A stretch of 64,000 bases of DNA from an uncultured Clostridia bacterium (GCA_944393415.1 CALYAD010000028.1:9247-73246), one strand, 5' to 3'; numbered from the stretch's first letter, positions 26,384-36,916 are shown. The notes: generated from the letters alone by a model not told the origin. Translations and numbers: made by a program.

Positions 26384-27352
26384 TCAGGTTTTATTTTTTC
26401 CGTTTATAATCAGACATCCTCCAAGCGCGAGCACCGCGCATCCGGATATTGACAAAATAAATATTTTGTCGGATAATGTCTCGTTAAACGGTTTAGTGAT
26501 ATTATTTGACGGAATTATCGCTGACGGAGTATCATATGTCGGAGGAACACCGCTTCCCTCTTCTTCAGGAAGCGAAGGATCAGCTTCCGTATCAGGCTCC
26601 TCCGGTTTTGGCTCCTCTGGTTCCGGTTCAGGAGTTACTAAAGGGGCGACAGCGTTATATATCCGGTAATTATCTCCGTAGATAGTACACTTTTCCTGCA
26701 TATTTGTAATATTAAAAGCGCGTATACAGGTATATTTTAACTCCGGACCGGCGCTGTTGTTTGAATACGGTACCGAAGCGCGCACAAGCTCGCCGTCTAT
26801 ATAAATGTCATAGTTTTGCTCTAATTCATGCAAAGCAACAGAAATAGTGTACCATCTGTCTATAACAGGCCGAAGTACGGCGTTATCATAAACATCAGTT
26901 ATCTCTGAATCGACTATTTTTATAAAATCCTGCATTCTTAACCGGGTGTCATATTTTCGTCCTTGGATAAGGGTACAGTCATACAGATGATCGCTGTATT
27001 TAAAATCAAGCTCTACAACAAAATCATATCCTACAGTAAAACCGTTTCCACTGACAGACAAATCAGTATAATGAGGGATCTGCCCGCCGCCGGTAATATT
27101 TTTTTCATATTTCAGGCACTTGTTTCCGTCCGGCTCCGTAATGACTGTAATAGAACCGGACGAGCCGAGATCGTTTGAGGTAAATGCCCCAAAGCAGTCG
27201 GAAACGGCAGGTCCCGGAGTAAGCTTCTCCATATCTTCATTTATTATAAATTCCGGGACTATCTCGGTCTGTGAAGCACACACTGCAGTTTCCAGGCAGA
27301 CAAATATATAAACAAGTATCGCCGAAAGGAAAATGCCTCGTTTTATATGCAT
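26384..27352 (-). CDS. exported protein of unknown function with Pro/Glu-rich linker and C-terminal membrane anchor
   Basis: Signal-like N-terminus MHIKRGIFLSAILVYIFVCLETAVCA, linker TPEPEPEEPKPEEPDTEADPSLPEEE, and C-terminal hydrophobic IFILSISGCAVLALGGCLII followed by NGKNKT. Confidence 0.55.
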   Translation of the reverse strand: MHIKRGIFLSAILVYIFVCLETAVCASQTEIVPEFIINEDMEKLTPGPAVSDCFGAFTSNDLGSSGSITVITEPDGNKCLKYEKNITGGGQIPHYTDLSVSGNGFTVGYDFVVELDFKYSDHLYDCTLIQGRKYDTRLRMQDFIKIVDSEITDVYDNAVLRPVIDRWYTISVALHELEQNYDIYIDGELVRASVPYSNNSAGPELKYTCIRAFNITNMQEKCTIYGDNYRIYNAVAPLVTPEPEPEEPKPEEPDTEADPSLPEEEGSGVPPTYDTPSAIIPSNNITKPFNETLSDKIFILSISGCAVLALGGCLIINGKNKT

Positions 27353-27646
27353 TGGATCGCTCCTTTCTTTTTATCAGCGTTCCGTTCGGACTTAATTATC
27401 TTATATAAAATCCGATCGGATGCCGTTTATGGAAATTTGTTCTTGTTTTCAATAATATTATAACAAACAAATTATATATTTGTCAATAGTAATATAATTT
27501 TTTCATTTAATATAATTTCGGACAAAGTAAAAACTATCTTTATTTCCACATTGACAACACAGATTTTGTTTGACATATTTAATTACCCGAATGAGCAAAT
27601 TAATCACAGAGAGAAAATAAAAAATACAGAAAAGCAGGACGGAAAA

Positions 27647-28666
27647 ATGACACATTTTAATAATAGAAAAAAACGTACCGTCTGCGTTTTGCTATGCATA
27701 CTGCTGCTTACGGTACTTATATTACCGGTTAGCGCGGCGGGAAAAGCTGAACGGCAGGAGGTAATTGTCGGAGGTTGTCTATTTGGGGTTAGGCTGTACA
27801 CCGACGGAGTTCCGGTGGTGGGAATAGAAAGCTTTGAAACCAATAACGGAAAATGTTCTCCCGCGCATGAAGCCGGGATCAAATTAAAAGATATAATAAT
27901 AAAAATCAACGGTACACCTGTTACCACATCCTCTCAGATAACGACGATAATAACAGGCTCGGGCGGTAAAACAATCACTTTTACGGTATTAAGAGCAGGC
28001 AAAGAAAAAGAAATCTCAGTTACTCCTGTCAAGGCTACGGACGGAATGTACAGAGCCGGTATATGGCTCAGGGATAACGCCGCCGGCATAGGTACGGTTA
28101 CCTATATAATACCCGAAACACTGGAATTTGCGGGTCTTGGACACGGAATATGCGACGGTGAAACGTTATCTTTAATGCCGCTTCTCCGGGGCAGTGTCAG
28201 CGAGGTCGAGCTAAACTCAGTAATAAAAGGACAGGCGGGTATACCCGGAGAGCTGAAAGGCTCCTTCAGAGGCGGTAAGACAGGGTCGCTTATAAGTAAT
28301 AAGAAAACCGGAGTTTACGGAGTGATGATAACACTTCCTCAGGGTGTCGGAGAAAAGCTTCCGGTGGCGTCCGAAAGCGAGGTAAGGGAAGGCGACGCGA
28401 TAGTTCGGTGCGCCGTAAGCGGCAGCGTAAGAGACTATACGGTACGGATAAGTAAGGTAAACTGCCACTCAGAGAACGGAAAAAACTTTGTGGTGGAGGT
28501 AACGGACCCGGCGCTTCTGGGCATTACCGGAGGGATAGTTCAGGGAATGAGCGGAAGCCCGATCATACAAAACGGTAAACTTATAGGCGCAGTAACGCAT
28601 GTTATGGTAAACAGCCCCACAATGGGATACGGTATATTTATAGGTAACATGTTGGATGCCGCATAA
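27647..28666 (+). CDS. spoIVB: SpoIVB peptidase (S55), stage IV sporulation signalling protease
   Basis: Signal anchor, a PDZ segment (AGIKLKDIIIKINGTPV), GIGTVTYI..GLGHGI, and the catalytic-Ser block VQGMSGSPIIQNGKLIGAVTHV. The ATG at 27647 follows AGGA; the track ORF begins at an upstream TTG (27551). Confidence 0.88.
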   Translation: MTHFNNRKKRTVCVLLCILLLTVLILPVSAAGKAERQEVIVGGCLFGVRLYTDGVPVVGIESFETNNGKCSPAHEAGIKLKDIIIKINGTPVTTSSQITTIITGSGGKTITFTVLRAGKEKEISVTPVKATDGMYRAGIWLRDNAAGIGTVTYIIPETLEFAGLGHGICDGETLSLMPLLRGSVSEVELNSVIKGQAGIPGELKGSFRGGKTGSLISNKKTGVYGVMITLPQGVGEKLPVASESEVREGDAIVRCAVSGSVRDYTVRISKVNCHSENGKNFVVEVTDPALLGITGGIVQGMSGSPIIQNGKLIGAVTHVMVNSPTMGYGIFIGNMLDAA

Positions 28667-28672
28667 GCTTTA

Positions 28673-28699
28673 AAGGGGGAACTCAAATAGTTCCCCCTT
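28673..28699 (+). terminator. hairpin terminator after spoIVB (palindrome family member)
   Basis: AAGGGGGAAC tcaaata GTTCCCCCTT. Confidence 0.55.
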
Positions 28700-28747
28700 A
28701 TAATATAACCTTTAAAACGGCTTTTTCAGAGAATTTTTAGAAAGATC

Positions 28748-28779
28748 GTAAAAAACCCTTTTAAAAAAGGGTTTCTTAC
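28748..28779 (-). terminator. hairpin terminator after pflA (palindrome family member)
   Basis: Minus strand GTAAGAAACCCTTTT/AAAAGGGTTTTTTAC, followed by a T-rich tract. Confidence 0.55.
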
Positions 28780-28804
28780 GAAAAACGTTTTGTTTCTTAG
28801 TGTA

Positions 28805-29512
28805 TCATTTTATCAGACGGTTAAGTCTTTCTATTGTCTCGTCCTTGCATTCCGGTGTACCCTCAAGCGGAAAATTTATACCCATTGCCTTATATTTTTC
28901 CTCGCAGAGCTTTTTAAATGGCAAAAGCTCTATTTTTACAGAACTTAACACAGAATCGGCAAGCCTTTTTATCTCAAGCACATTCTCCTCTGTGTCCGTC
29001 ATTCCCGGAACCACAACATGTCGGATGACTGTAGGTACCCCGAGCCTGTCGCAGAGCTTCAAAAACTCAAGAACATTTTCTCTCTCAGCTCCTACCATCT
29101 CAGCATATCTTTTTTCGTCCGGAAATTTTATATCGCAGAGCACCGTGTCGGTGTTTTCAAGCACACGTCGGACATTTTCGTCAGGCTTTATCGCCGCTGT
29201 GTCAAGAGCGGTGTTTATCCCCGCGTCATGCAGCTTTTCAAAAAGCTCCGCCAGAAATCCCGCCTGACACAGCGGCTCTCCGCCGGAAACCGTAACTCCT
29301 CCCCCGGTTGAGTCGAAATAAGTTTTGTATCGCAAAGCTTTTTCCACAAGCTCGTCCGCAGTATATTCCGTTCCGCCGGAAAATGCCCTTGTATCAGGAT
29401 TATGGCAATATGGACAGCGGTACGGACATCCCTGCATAAATATCACAAGCCTTACTCCCGGACCGTCAACAGCCCCAAGGCTTTGAAACGAATGTATTTT
29501 CCCTTTTCTCAT
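28805..29512 (-). CDS. pflA: pyruvate formate-lyase activating enzyme
   Basis: 235 aa with DGPGVRLVIFMQGCPYRCPYCHNPDT and GGVTVSGGEPL. It sits directly downstream of pflB. Confidence 0.92.
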   Translation of the reverse strand: MRKGKIHSFQSLGAVDGPGVRLVIFMQGCPYRCPYCHNPDTRAFSGGTEYTADELVEKALRYKTYFDSTGGGVTVSGGEPLCQAGFLAELFEKLHDAGINTALDTAAIKPDENVRRVLENTDTVLCDIKFPDEKRYAEMVGAERENVLEFLKLCDRLGVPTVIRHVVVPGMTDTEENVLEIKRLADSVLSSVKIELLPFKKLCEEKYKAMGINFPLEGTPECKDETIERLNRLIK

Positions 29513-29659
29513 TCAAATACCCTTCTCCGATTTTTGTCTATCTGTTTTATCCAACATTTCTCATGTCATTCTGAGATAATACCTGAAAATTAAACGCAAA
29601 ATAATCGAACCCCGAATTGAACTTTTGTACCGTTCAATGATTCGGGGCACGATTTATTT

Positions 29660-31891
29660 TCACATACTGCCGTGGAAGGTTCTCGCTATTACCTCCGCCT
29701 GCTGCTCCTTCGACAGCTTATGGAAGTTCACGGCGTAACCCGACACACGTATAGTCAGATTAGGATACTTTTCCGGATGCTCCGAAGCGTCAATAAGCAT
29801 CTCTCGGTTGAAAACATTAACGTTCAGGTGCTGTGCCTTTCTGGCAAAGTAACCGTCAATTATACCGGCAAGATTTTTAAATCTCGTCTCTTCGTCATGA
29901 CCCAAAGCGTATGGAACTATACAAAATGTATTGGATATACCGTCCTTGCACACGTCATACGACAGCTTGGACACCGAATTCAGCGAAGCGAGCGCGCCGT
30001 TCGAGTCCCTGCCGTGCATTGGGTTAGCGCCCGGGGCAAATGGCTGTCCCGCTCGTCTTCCGTCCGGAGTGTTTCCGGTTTTTTTGCCGTATACGACGTT
30101 CGAGGTTATTGTCAGAATCGACAGAGTATGCTCGGCATCCCTGTAGGTAGGGTTCTTTTCAAGCTCTGAAAAGAACTTTTCCACCTGCTCTACGGCTATA
30201 CTGTCAGCGCGGTCGTCGTCGTTTCCGTATTTTGGGAAATCTCCCGTCGTCTCAAAATCGGTTATAAGCCCGGTTTCATCTCGGATGACCCTGACCTTCG
30301 CATATTTTATAGCGGACAGCGAGTCGGCAAGCACCGAGAGACCTGCTATCCCAAAAGCCATGAAACGGTGGACTTCAGTATCGTGAAGAGCCATTTCTAC
30401 CTTTTCATAGGCATATTTATCATGCATATAGTGTATCATGTTAAGCGCCTTGACGTATGTCCGCGCAAGCCACGGACGGTATTCGTCAAGCAGCTTCATA
30501 ACACTGTAATAGTCAAGGTACTCTCCTTCAAAACGGCTGCCCGCCGGCGCTACCTGCATACCGCTTTTTTCGTCTCTGCCGCCGTTTAAGCTAAGTAAAA
30601 GCAGCTTTACAAGATTGGCGCGCGCTCCGAAGAACTGCATGTCCTTTCCGACTCTCATCGCAGATACACAGCAGGCTATCGCGTAATCGTCCCCGAATTT
30701 CGGACGCATCACATCGTCGTTCTCATATTGTATAGAGTCGGTATCGCAAGAGACCTTTGCCGTGTAGCGCTTGAACGCCGCCGGCAGCTTTTCCGACCAG
30801 AGCACCGTAAGGTTCGGCTCGGCAGAAGGCTTCAGATTATAAAGCGTATGCAAAATACGGAAGGAGGATTTTGTTACCAGCGTTCTTCCGTCCTCTCCCA
30901 TTCCTCCTATGGACTCAGTGATCCACATCGGGTCTCCCGCAAACAGATCGTTATACTCCGGAGTGCGCAGGTGACGTGCCAGTCTGAGCTTCAGCACCAG
31001 ATCGTCTACCATTTCCTGTATATCCGCTTCGGTATATTTCCCGCTTTTAAGATCTCTCTCGAAATATATATCAAGGAAGGTGCTGTTTCTTCCGAAGCTC
31101 ATCGCCGCTCCGTTCTGTTCCTTGTTGGCTCCAAGATAACCGAAATACAGCCACTGTACCGCTTCCCTCGAGTCGGCCGCGGGCCTTGAAATATCGCAGC
31201 CGTAAGTCAGAGCCATTTCGCGCAGCTCCTCAAGGGATCTGATCTGCATACTCAGCTCCTCAAGCAGTCTGATATCCTTTTCGCTTACCGCTCCGTCCGC
31301 TATTCTCTTTTTATCTTTCTTTTTTTCCTCAATCAACCGGTCAATACCATACAGAGCCACACGCCGGTAATCACCGATTATACGTCCTCTCCCATAAGCG
31401 TCCGGAAGTCCGGTAATGAGTCCCGTATGCCTTGCGGCTCTTATCTCGTCACTGTACACACTGAAAACACCGTCGTTATGAGTTGTTCTGTATTTAAACG
31501 CCTCTTCCACCTTATCCGAAAGCGTATAACCGTAAGCCTGGCATGCCTTGCGGGTCATTTTTATCCCACCGAATGGGTTTACGGCGCGGCGGAGCGGGGC
31601 GTCAGTCTGCAAACCGACTATTATCTCGCTATCCTTATCGACATATCCGGGAGCATGGCTGGTCAGAGTGGATACGGTTTCCGTATCCACATCGTAAACG
31701 CCGCCTCTTCTCTGCTCCTCCGTTAAAAGGTCAAATATTTTGTCTCTCAGCTTGACCGTACGCTCCGTAGGACCTGAGAGAAAGCTTTCGTCTCCCTCAT
31801 ACGGCGTATAGTTCTTCTGTATAAAATCCCTGACATCTATTTCATCCTGCCACCTTCCCGCAGCAAAACCGTTCCAATTTTCACTAAACAT
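29660..31891 (-). CDS. pflB: formate C-acetyltransferase (pyruvate formate-lyase)
   Basis: Glycyl radical motif [11 protein letters not shown], active-site ACCVSAM (Cys-Cys), about 743 aa. The ATG at 31891 (MFSENWNGF) follows AAAGGGAAGG; the track ORF extends to 31933. Confidence 0.93.
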   Translation of the reverse strand: MFSENWNGFAAGRWQDEIDVRDFIQKNYTPYEGDESFLSGPTERTVKLRDKIFDLLTEEQRRGGVYDVDTETVSTLTSHAPGYVDKDSEIIVGLQTDAPLRRAVNPFGGIKMTRKACQAYGYTLSDKVEEAFKYRTTHNDGVFSVYSDEIRAARHTGLITGLPDAYGRGRIIGDYRRVALYGIDRLIEEKKKDKKRIADGAVSEKDIRLLEELSMQIRSLEELREMALTYGCDISRPAADSREAVQWLYFGYLGANKEQNGAAMSFGRNSTFLDIYFERDLKSGKYTEADIQEMVDDLVLKLRLARHLRTPEYNDLFAGDPMWITESIGGMGEDGRTLVTKSSFRILHTLYNLKPSAEPNLTVLWSEKLPAAFKRYTAKVSCDTDSIQYENDDVMRPKFGDDYAIACCVSAMRVGKDMQFFGARANLVKLLLLSLNGGRDEKSGMQVAPAGSRFEGEYLDYYSVMKLLDEYRPWLARTYVKALNMIHYMHDKYAYEKVEMALHDTEVHRFMAFGIAGLSVLADSLSAIKYAKVRVIRDETGLITDFETTGDFPKYGNDDDRADSIAVEQVEKFFSELEKNPTYRDAEHTLSILTITSNVVYGKKTGNTPDGRRAGQPFAPGANPMHGRDSNGALASLNSVSKLSYDVCKDGISNTFCIVPYALGHDEETRFKNLAGIIDGYFARKAQHLNVNVFNREMLIDASEHPEKYPNLTIRVSGYAVNFHKLSKEQQAEVIARTFHGSM

Positions 31892-31989
31892 CTTTGTATG
31901 ACCTTCCCTTTCTTTTAAAAATTTGTACCGCAAGAGTACCTGTGTTATACCGGCCTACCGCTTTTTTTACGTATCCTTTACATACGCCA

Positions 31990-32116
31990 AAATAACAACA
32001 GGGCAACATTATCCTTCTTAAAGATAATGTTGCCCAGACGGTCGGCGTTATACTTACCGGTCCCACCGTGGTTATTCCACGTGCGGACACATCTGTCCGT
32101 TATCCGTCAGGGAACC
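31990..32116 (-). promoter_or_regulatory. ZTP riboswitch (pfl motif) with terminator expression platform
   Basis: Minus-strand RNA reads CCCTGACGGATAACGGACAGATGTGTCCGCACGTGGAATAACCACGGTGGGACCGG...GCCGACCGTCTGGGCAAC. GACGG pairs with CCGTC (pseudoknot), GTGGAATAACCAC forms a hairpin, and the conserved CCGnCTGGGCA 3' module is present. The terminator GGGCAACATTATCC/GGATAATGTTGCCC (32035-32001) plus a U-rich tract shares GGGCAAC with the aptamer. Confidence 0.85.
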
Positions 32117-32150
32117 GAAAAGCTTAGATAAGCTACCGCTTACTGATATG

Positions 32151-32179
32151 AGTATATCACAAATAGTTATTCTTGTCAA
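32151..32179 (-). promoter_or_regulatory. sigma-A promoter of the ZTP-pflBA transcript
   Basis: Minus strand TTGACA (32179-32174), a 17-nt spacer, then TGaTATACT (-10 at 32156-32151). Confidence 0.75.
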
Positions 32180-32274
32180 GGACTTTTTAAAAGTTAAAAA
32201 ATTATTAAACATATTGCCTTTTTAATCCAAAAACTATAATTTAATAACCTCAAATAAAATTTGTCCGATTAGAC

Positions 32275-32303
32275 TTGACATTAACATCGCTGTATAGTAT
32301 AAT
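32275..32303 (+). promoter_or_regulatory. sigma-A promoter upstream of the DMT transporter gene
   Basis: TTGACA (32275-32280), a 17-nt spacer, TATAAT (32298-32303). Confidence 0.75.
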
Positions 32304-32495
32304 AAAAATGTGTATTTTATGCTATACACTCTATATCAAAGATAAAGGAAACGGCTATGAGGCCATACTATGCACAGGGGAACACCTCGGACTTTTACGT
32401 AAGATCGCTTCCATGGTCAGGGCATTCTCCGCCAATACACCGCATGATATTCGGAATCAGAAAAAAATATAATTATTGAAAAGGATTTTTAAGTC

Positions 32496-33458
32496 ATGTG
32501 GTTCATTTTCGCACTTATAACCGCTCTTGCCTGGGGCGGAGCCGATCTTTTTTACAAAAAAGGAGCGGACGAAAACGACAGGTACAGTCATTTGCGAACT
32601 ACGATAATGGTAGGCGCTGTAATGGGTGTATACGCGCTTCTTTACTGGTGTGTAAACGCCGTCTTTTTAGACAATTTCATTACCTTCAATTTTATGAGCA
32701 TAATAAAATATCTCCCTGTGTCATTTTTTTATATCTTATCGATGATACTCGGATATATAGGGCTTAGATACCTGATGCTCTCCATTGCTTCTCCGGTACA
32801 GAACAGCTCCGGGGCAATAGTATTTTTTTTATACCTTATTCTGTATCCGGAAATGCCCGGTATATGGAGTATACTCGGAGTGGCCTTATCCATTATCGGA
32901 GTTATCATGCTTGGTGTCATTGAGAAAAAAGACACTGACGCCGAAATAAAAGCCAGCGGAGAAAATATTCCGGAAAAATATAAATACGGCTTTGTCGCGC
33001 TCATTTTCCCTTTGCTTTACGCGATACTTGACAGCGTGGGCACCTTTCTTGACGGTATATACCTCGACGATGAGGCGGAATCGATAAGACTGAAAATCTC
33101 CGGAACGTCCGAATGGATAGGCGACGACGAGGCGTTTATGGCATATTCAGTGACCTTCGCGGTCTGCGCCCTCATATGCTTTATTTACGTCAAATTCATA
33201 AAAAAACAGCCCTATCCGCTTAAAGCCGAAAAAAACAGGCTGATAGCCGGAGGTCTTGAGACTATAGGACAGTTCTTTTACATATTTTCTATGGCTGACT
33301 CCTCTATTCTCGCGGCTCCGCTTGTTGCTACCTACTGTATTTTTTCAGTCATCTTTTCTCGTTTATTCCTTAAGGAAAAGCTTAAACCCGCTCAGCTGGC
33401 AGTGATATGTACCGTAATGCTCGGAATAGCGCTAATGGGTATCGGAGAGGCCCTCTGA
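32496..33458 (+). CDS. DMT-superfamily (EamA-like) membrane transporter
   Basis: 320 aa with about 10 TM segments in two halves. N-terminus MWFIFALITALAWGGADLFYKKG is typical of EamA-domain proteins. Confidence 0.7.
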   Translation: MWFIFALITALAWGGADLFYKKGADENDRYSHLRTTIMVGAVMGVYALLYWCVNAVFLDNFITFNFMSIIKYLPVSFFYILSMILGYIGLRYLMLSIASPVQNSSGAIVFFLYLILYPEMPGIWSILGVALSIIGVIMLGVIEKKDTDAEIKASGENIPEKYKYGFVALIFPLLYAILDSVGTFLDGIYLDDEAESIRLKISGTSEWIGDDEAFMAYSVTFAVCALICFIYVKFIKKQPYPLKAEKNRLIAGGLETIGQFFYIFSMADSSILAAPLVATYCIFSVIFSRLFLKEKLKPAQLAVICTVMLGIALMGIGEAL

Positions 33459-33498
33459 CGCTTGTAAAATAAAAATAATCTGAAAGGATACCAATTTT

Positions 33499-35142
33499 AT
33501 GCTTTACTCAAAGATCGTATCGGCGCTGACAAAGGTTTTCAAAAAAGAAAACCCTCTTTCCCCTCCTGAATGTAATCATCTCACCGCGCTGAGAGGAGAT
33601 ACCGTCTCCTTTCAGGTTGTTTATCTCTCAGACGAGAATTTAAAATGCAAGGTAAATATATTATCCGAATTCGGAAAAAACGTTATTTGCAGATCAGTTG
33701 AGAGCGTGCCATCCAACTATCCCGGCGATCCCGCCGCAATGTACAAAGACGGAAATTATATAAAAACCTCGGGCTGCGAATTTCCGGATATACTTCGGAG
33801 TCTGCGCGGCGGCAACCTTAAAATATTCAAAAACAAATATAGGTCGATCTGGATAGACGTCGAGGTACCTGAAAACCAGCCCGCGGGGATTTACGAAATA
33901 AAAATCGAGCTTTTCCTCGCGGACGGCACCGTTCTTGCCACAAACACTCAAAAGATCACAGTATATGCCGCCAGTCTGCCTCCTGCCCGGCTTATCCATA
34001 CCGAATGGTTCCACACAGACTGCCTGGCGGATTATTACGGGTATGAGGTATTCTCCGAAAAACACTGGAAAGCCATTGAGAATTTTATGAGACTTGCCGC
34101 AAAGCGCGGTATCAATATGATACTTACTCCCATATTCACCCCTCCGCTCGATACGGAGATAGGCGGAGAAAGAACGACCGTACAGCTTGTCGATGTAAGC
34201 TTCAGAAACAACAAGTGGTCGTTCGGCTTCGATAAACTGACACGCTGGTTTGACACAGCCGATAAATGCGGCATCAAGTATTTTGAAATATCCCATCTTT
34301 TTACACAGTGGGGAGCAAACGCCGCTCCTAAGATCATGGCTGCCTACAAGGGAAAATACAAAAGGGTTTTCGGCTGGGACACCCGTGTTGAGGACGGCGA
34401 ATATCCGGATTTCCTTTCAAAATTTCTTCCGGCGCTCACCGCATATCTGAAAAGCAGCGGACGGGCTGACAAGTGCTATTTCCACGTTTCGGACGAACCG
34501 AACCTTGACAACATGGAAAATTATATCCGCGCAAAAAATATAATCGCTCCGTATCTTGAGGGCTTTCATATGATGGACGCCCTGTCAAGCTACGAGTTTT
34601 ACGAGACCGGAGCGTGCCAGATGCCGATACCCGCCTCAAATCATATCGAGCCGTTCATCGAGCATGGCGTTAAAAACCTATGGACATATTACTGCGTAAG
34701 CCAGAACACCTATGTCTCCAACCGATTCATGGCGATGTCTCTCGCTCGGACCCGTGCTATCGGCGTTCAGATGTTTAAATACCGTATCGCAGGATTTCTT
34801 CAGTGGGGCTTCAACTTTTACAATACCGCGCTCTCAAAGGAGCATATAAACCCCTATAAGGTAACTGACGCCGGCGGTAAATTCCCGTCGGGAGATCCGT
34901 TTATAGTATATCCCGGAGCAAACGGTAAACCGGAGGAGAGCATCCGTATGATGGCCTTCTTCTCCGCGCAGCAGGATCTGCGCGCGCTTACCGCGCTCGC
35001 CGAAAAAACCTCCTACGAGTATGTTATGAACATAGTCGAGGACGGTCTTTCCGATCCTATAACCTTTAAAAACTACCCTCATTCGGATTATTACTATATT
35101 AATCTGAGAAACAGAATAAACAGGGAGCTCGCAAGAAAATAA
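33499..35142 (+). CDS. DUF4091 domain protein (putative glycoside hydrolase-like)
   Basis: 547 aa. The block WFHTDCLADYYGYEVFSEKHWKAIENFMRLAAKRGINMILTPIFTPPLDT matches my recollection of the DUF4091 family. Confidence 0.6.
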   Translation: MLYSKIVSALTKVFKKENPLSPPECNHLTALRGDTVSFQVVYLSDENLKCKVNILSEFGKNVICRSVESVPSNYPGDPAAMYKDGNYIKTSGCEFPDILRSLRGGNLKIFKNKYRSIWIDVEVPENQPAGIYEIKIELFLADGTVLATNTQKITVYAASLPPARLIHTEWFHTDCLADYYGYEVFSEKHWKAIENFMRLAAKRGINMILTPIFTPPLDTEIGGERTTVQLVDVSFRNNKWSFGFDKLTRWFDTADKCGIKYFEISHLFTQWGANAAPKIMAAYKGKYKRVFGWDTRVEDGEYPDFLSKFLPALTAYLKSSGRADKCYFHVSDEPNLDNMENYIRAKNIIAPYLEGFHMMDALSSYEFYETGACQMPIPASNHIEPFIEHGVKNLWTYYCVSQNTYVSNRFMAMSLARTRAIGVQMFKYRIAGFLQWGFNFYNTALSKEHINPYKVTDAGGKFPSGDPFIVYPGANGKPEESIRMMAFFSAQQDLRALTALAEKTSYEYVMNIVEDGLSDPITFKNYPHSDYYYINLRNRINRELARK

Positions 35143-35188
35143 TAAAAAAGCCGTAAAACCGGTATGAAAGGATAAACAGGTTTACCAA

Positions 35189-36916
35189 ATGGATTACGTA
35201 AAAAAAATGACCGCTAAGCTGATACACGACGCGCTTGTTTCAATGAATATGAATGCTCCGCCCGACACGGCCATGATAACGGATACGCTTGAATATCCCC
35301 CGTCTCCTGAAAACGGAGATCTCGCATTTCCCTGCTTTCGTTTGAGTAAAGCGTTAAGAAAAGCTCCCGCCGTTATAGCCCGGGATATAAAGGAGAATTT
35401 AAAAACATGCGGTATAATCGAGAAAGCAGAGGTTGCGGGCGGATATTTGAATTTCTTTTTTGATCGCTCGGAATTTTTACGGATAATGCTACAGGAAATT
35501 TTGAAAAAAGGCGAAAGCTATGGTTCGTCAGAGGAAGGTCACGGCAAAACGGTCGTGATCGACTATTCATCCCCAAACGTCGCAAAGCCGTTCCATATAG
35601 GACATCTCGGAACCACCGTTATAGGGCATTCGATTAAAAAGCTTCATGAATTTTCCGGATATAAATGCATCGGCGTAAATCATCTCGGCGACTGGGGCAC
35701 TCAGTTCGGTAAGCTGATCGTCGCCTACCGCAAATGGGGGGACGAGCAGACTGTAATAAATATCGGTATAGACGAGCTTGTAAGGCTTTATGTACGCTTC
35801 CATTCGGAGGCCGAAGCCGATCCTTCTCTAAACGATCTCGCACGCCGGGAATTTACCAAGCTTGAAAACGGGGACCCGGAAAACCGAAAGCTCTGGAAAT
35901 GGTTTATAGACATATCTCTTAACGAATACAAAAAGACCTACGCTCAGCTGGGTATTGAGTTCGACAGCTACCGCGGGGAGTCGTTCTATTACGATAAGGT
36001 TCCCGCAGTGCTTGAAAAAATGAAGGAGCGCGGTATACTCAAAACCGACGACGGAGCGACAATGATCGATCTTGAGGAATACGGTATGCCTCCCTGTCTT
36101 GTCCTCAAGTCCGACGGCTCAACACTTTACCCCGCGCGTGATATTGCCGCGGCCATCTATCGAATGGAAACCTATAACTTTGATAAATGTATATATGTCA
36201 CCGACGCGGGTCAGAGCCTGTATTTCAGGCAATGGTTCAAGGTCATTTCCCTTATGGACTATGATTGGGAGGATCGGCTCGTTCATGTCCCCTACGGTAA
36301 AGTTTCCATCGGAGGCGAAAAGCTCGCCACTCGAACCGGAAACGTGATCCTGCTAAAGGATCTTTTCCGGATCGCCATAGAGAAAGTAAGCTCTATAATC
36401 GATGAAAAGAACCCCGGACTCGAAAACAAAGCCGAAGCAGCCGAGGCGGTCGGAGTAGGAGCGATCGTTTTCCACTATTTAAGCGGAGGACGTATTAAGA
36501 ATATAGATTTTACTATTGAGGACGCGCTGAGCTTTGATGGAAACACCGGTCCCTACGCTCAATACACTTATGCAAGGACTTGCAGCATTCTTTCGAAGCT
36601 GGACGGAGATCAAAGCTACCGCTCCGGCACCGATAATATTCTCAATACCGCAGACGAGGAATTCGAGCTTATCAAAATTCTATCGCTTTTCCCGGAAAAG
36701 GTGAAGGCGGCGCTTGACGGCTATGAGCCCTCCCTGATAACACGCTATATCTTTGAGGTTGCGACCGTATTCAACCGCTTCTACCATAACTGTCAGGTAC
36801 TCGGCGCCAAAGAATCCGCTGTCCGCAATACAAGACTGATGCTCACCGAGGCGACAGGACATGTTCTTAAATCCGCGTTCGGGCTTATCTGCATGAAAGC
36901 TCCGGAAAAAATTTAA
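35189..36916 (+). CDS. argS: arginine--tRNA ligase
   Basis: 575 aa. HIGH-type motif SSPNVAKPFHIGHLGTTVIG, a class I core, and a C-terminal DALR anticodon-binding region. Confidence 0.92.
   Translation: MDYVKKMTAKLIHDALVSMNMNAPPDTAMITDTLEYPPSPENGDLAFPCFRLSKALRKAPAVIARDIKENLKTCGIIEKAEVAGGYLNFFFDRSEFLRIMLQEILKKGESYGSSEEGHGKTVVIDYSSPNVAKPFHIGHLGTTVIGHSIKKLHEFSGYKCIGVNHLGDWGTQFGKLIVAYRKWGDEQTVINIGIDELVRLYVRFHSEAEADPSLNDLARREFTKLENGDPENRKLWKWFIDISLNEYKKTYAQLGIEFDSYRGESFYYDKVPAVLEKMKERGILKTDDGATMIDLEEYGMPPCLVLKSDGSTLYPARDIAAAIYRMETYNFDKCIYVTDAGQSLYFRQWFKVISLMDYDWEDRLVHVPYGKVSIGGEKLATRTGNVILLKDLFRIAIEKVSSIIDEKNPGLENKAEAAEAVGVGAIVFHYLSGGRIKNIDFTIEDALSFDGNTGPYAQYTYARTCSILSKLDGDQSYRSGTDNILNTADEEFELIKILSLFPEKVKAALDGYEPSLITRYIFEVATVFNRFYHNCQVLGAKESAVRNTRLMLTEATGHVLKSAFGLICMKAPEKI

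Noticed and set aside
28800-29267. 155-aa plus-strand ORF
   Set aside because: It is an antisense shadow of pflA (Ser/Phe-rich).
32275-32472. 65-aa ORF (MTLTSLYSIIKMCILCYTLYIKDKG...)
   Set aside because: Its TTG start is the -35 hexamer of a perfect TTGACA-17-TATAAT promoter, so the 5' part is not transcribed. There is no SD and the composition is odd.
33694-34296. 200-aa minus-strand ORF
   Set aside because: It is antisense within the DUF4091 gene and has no independent signals.
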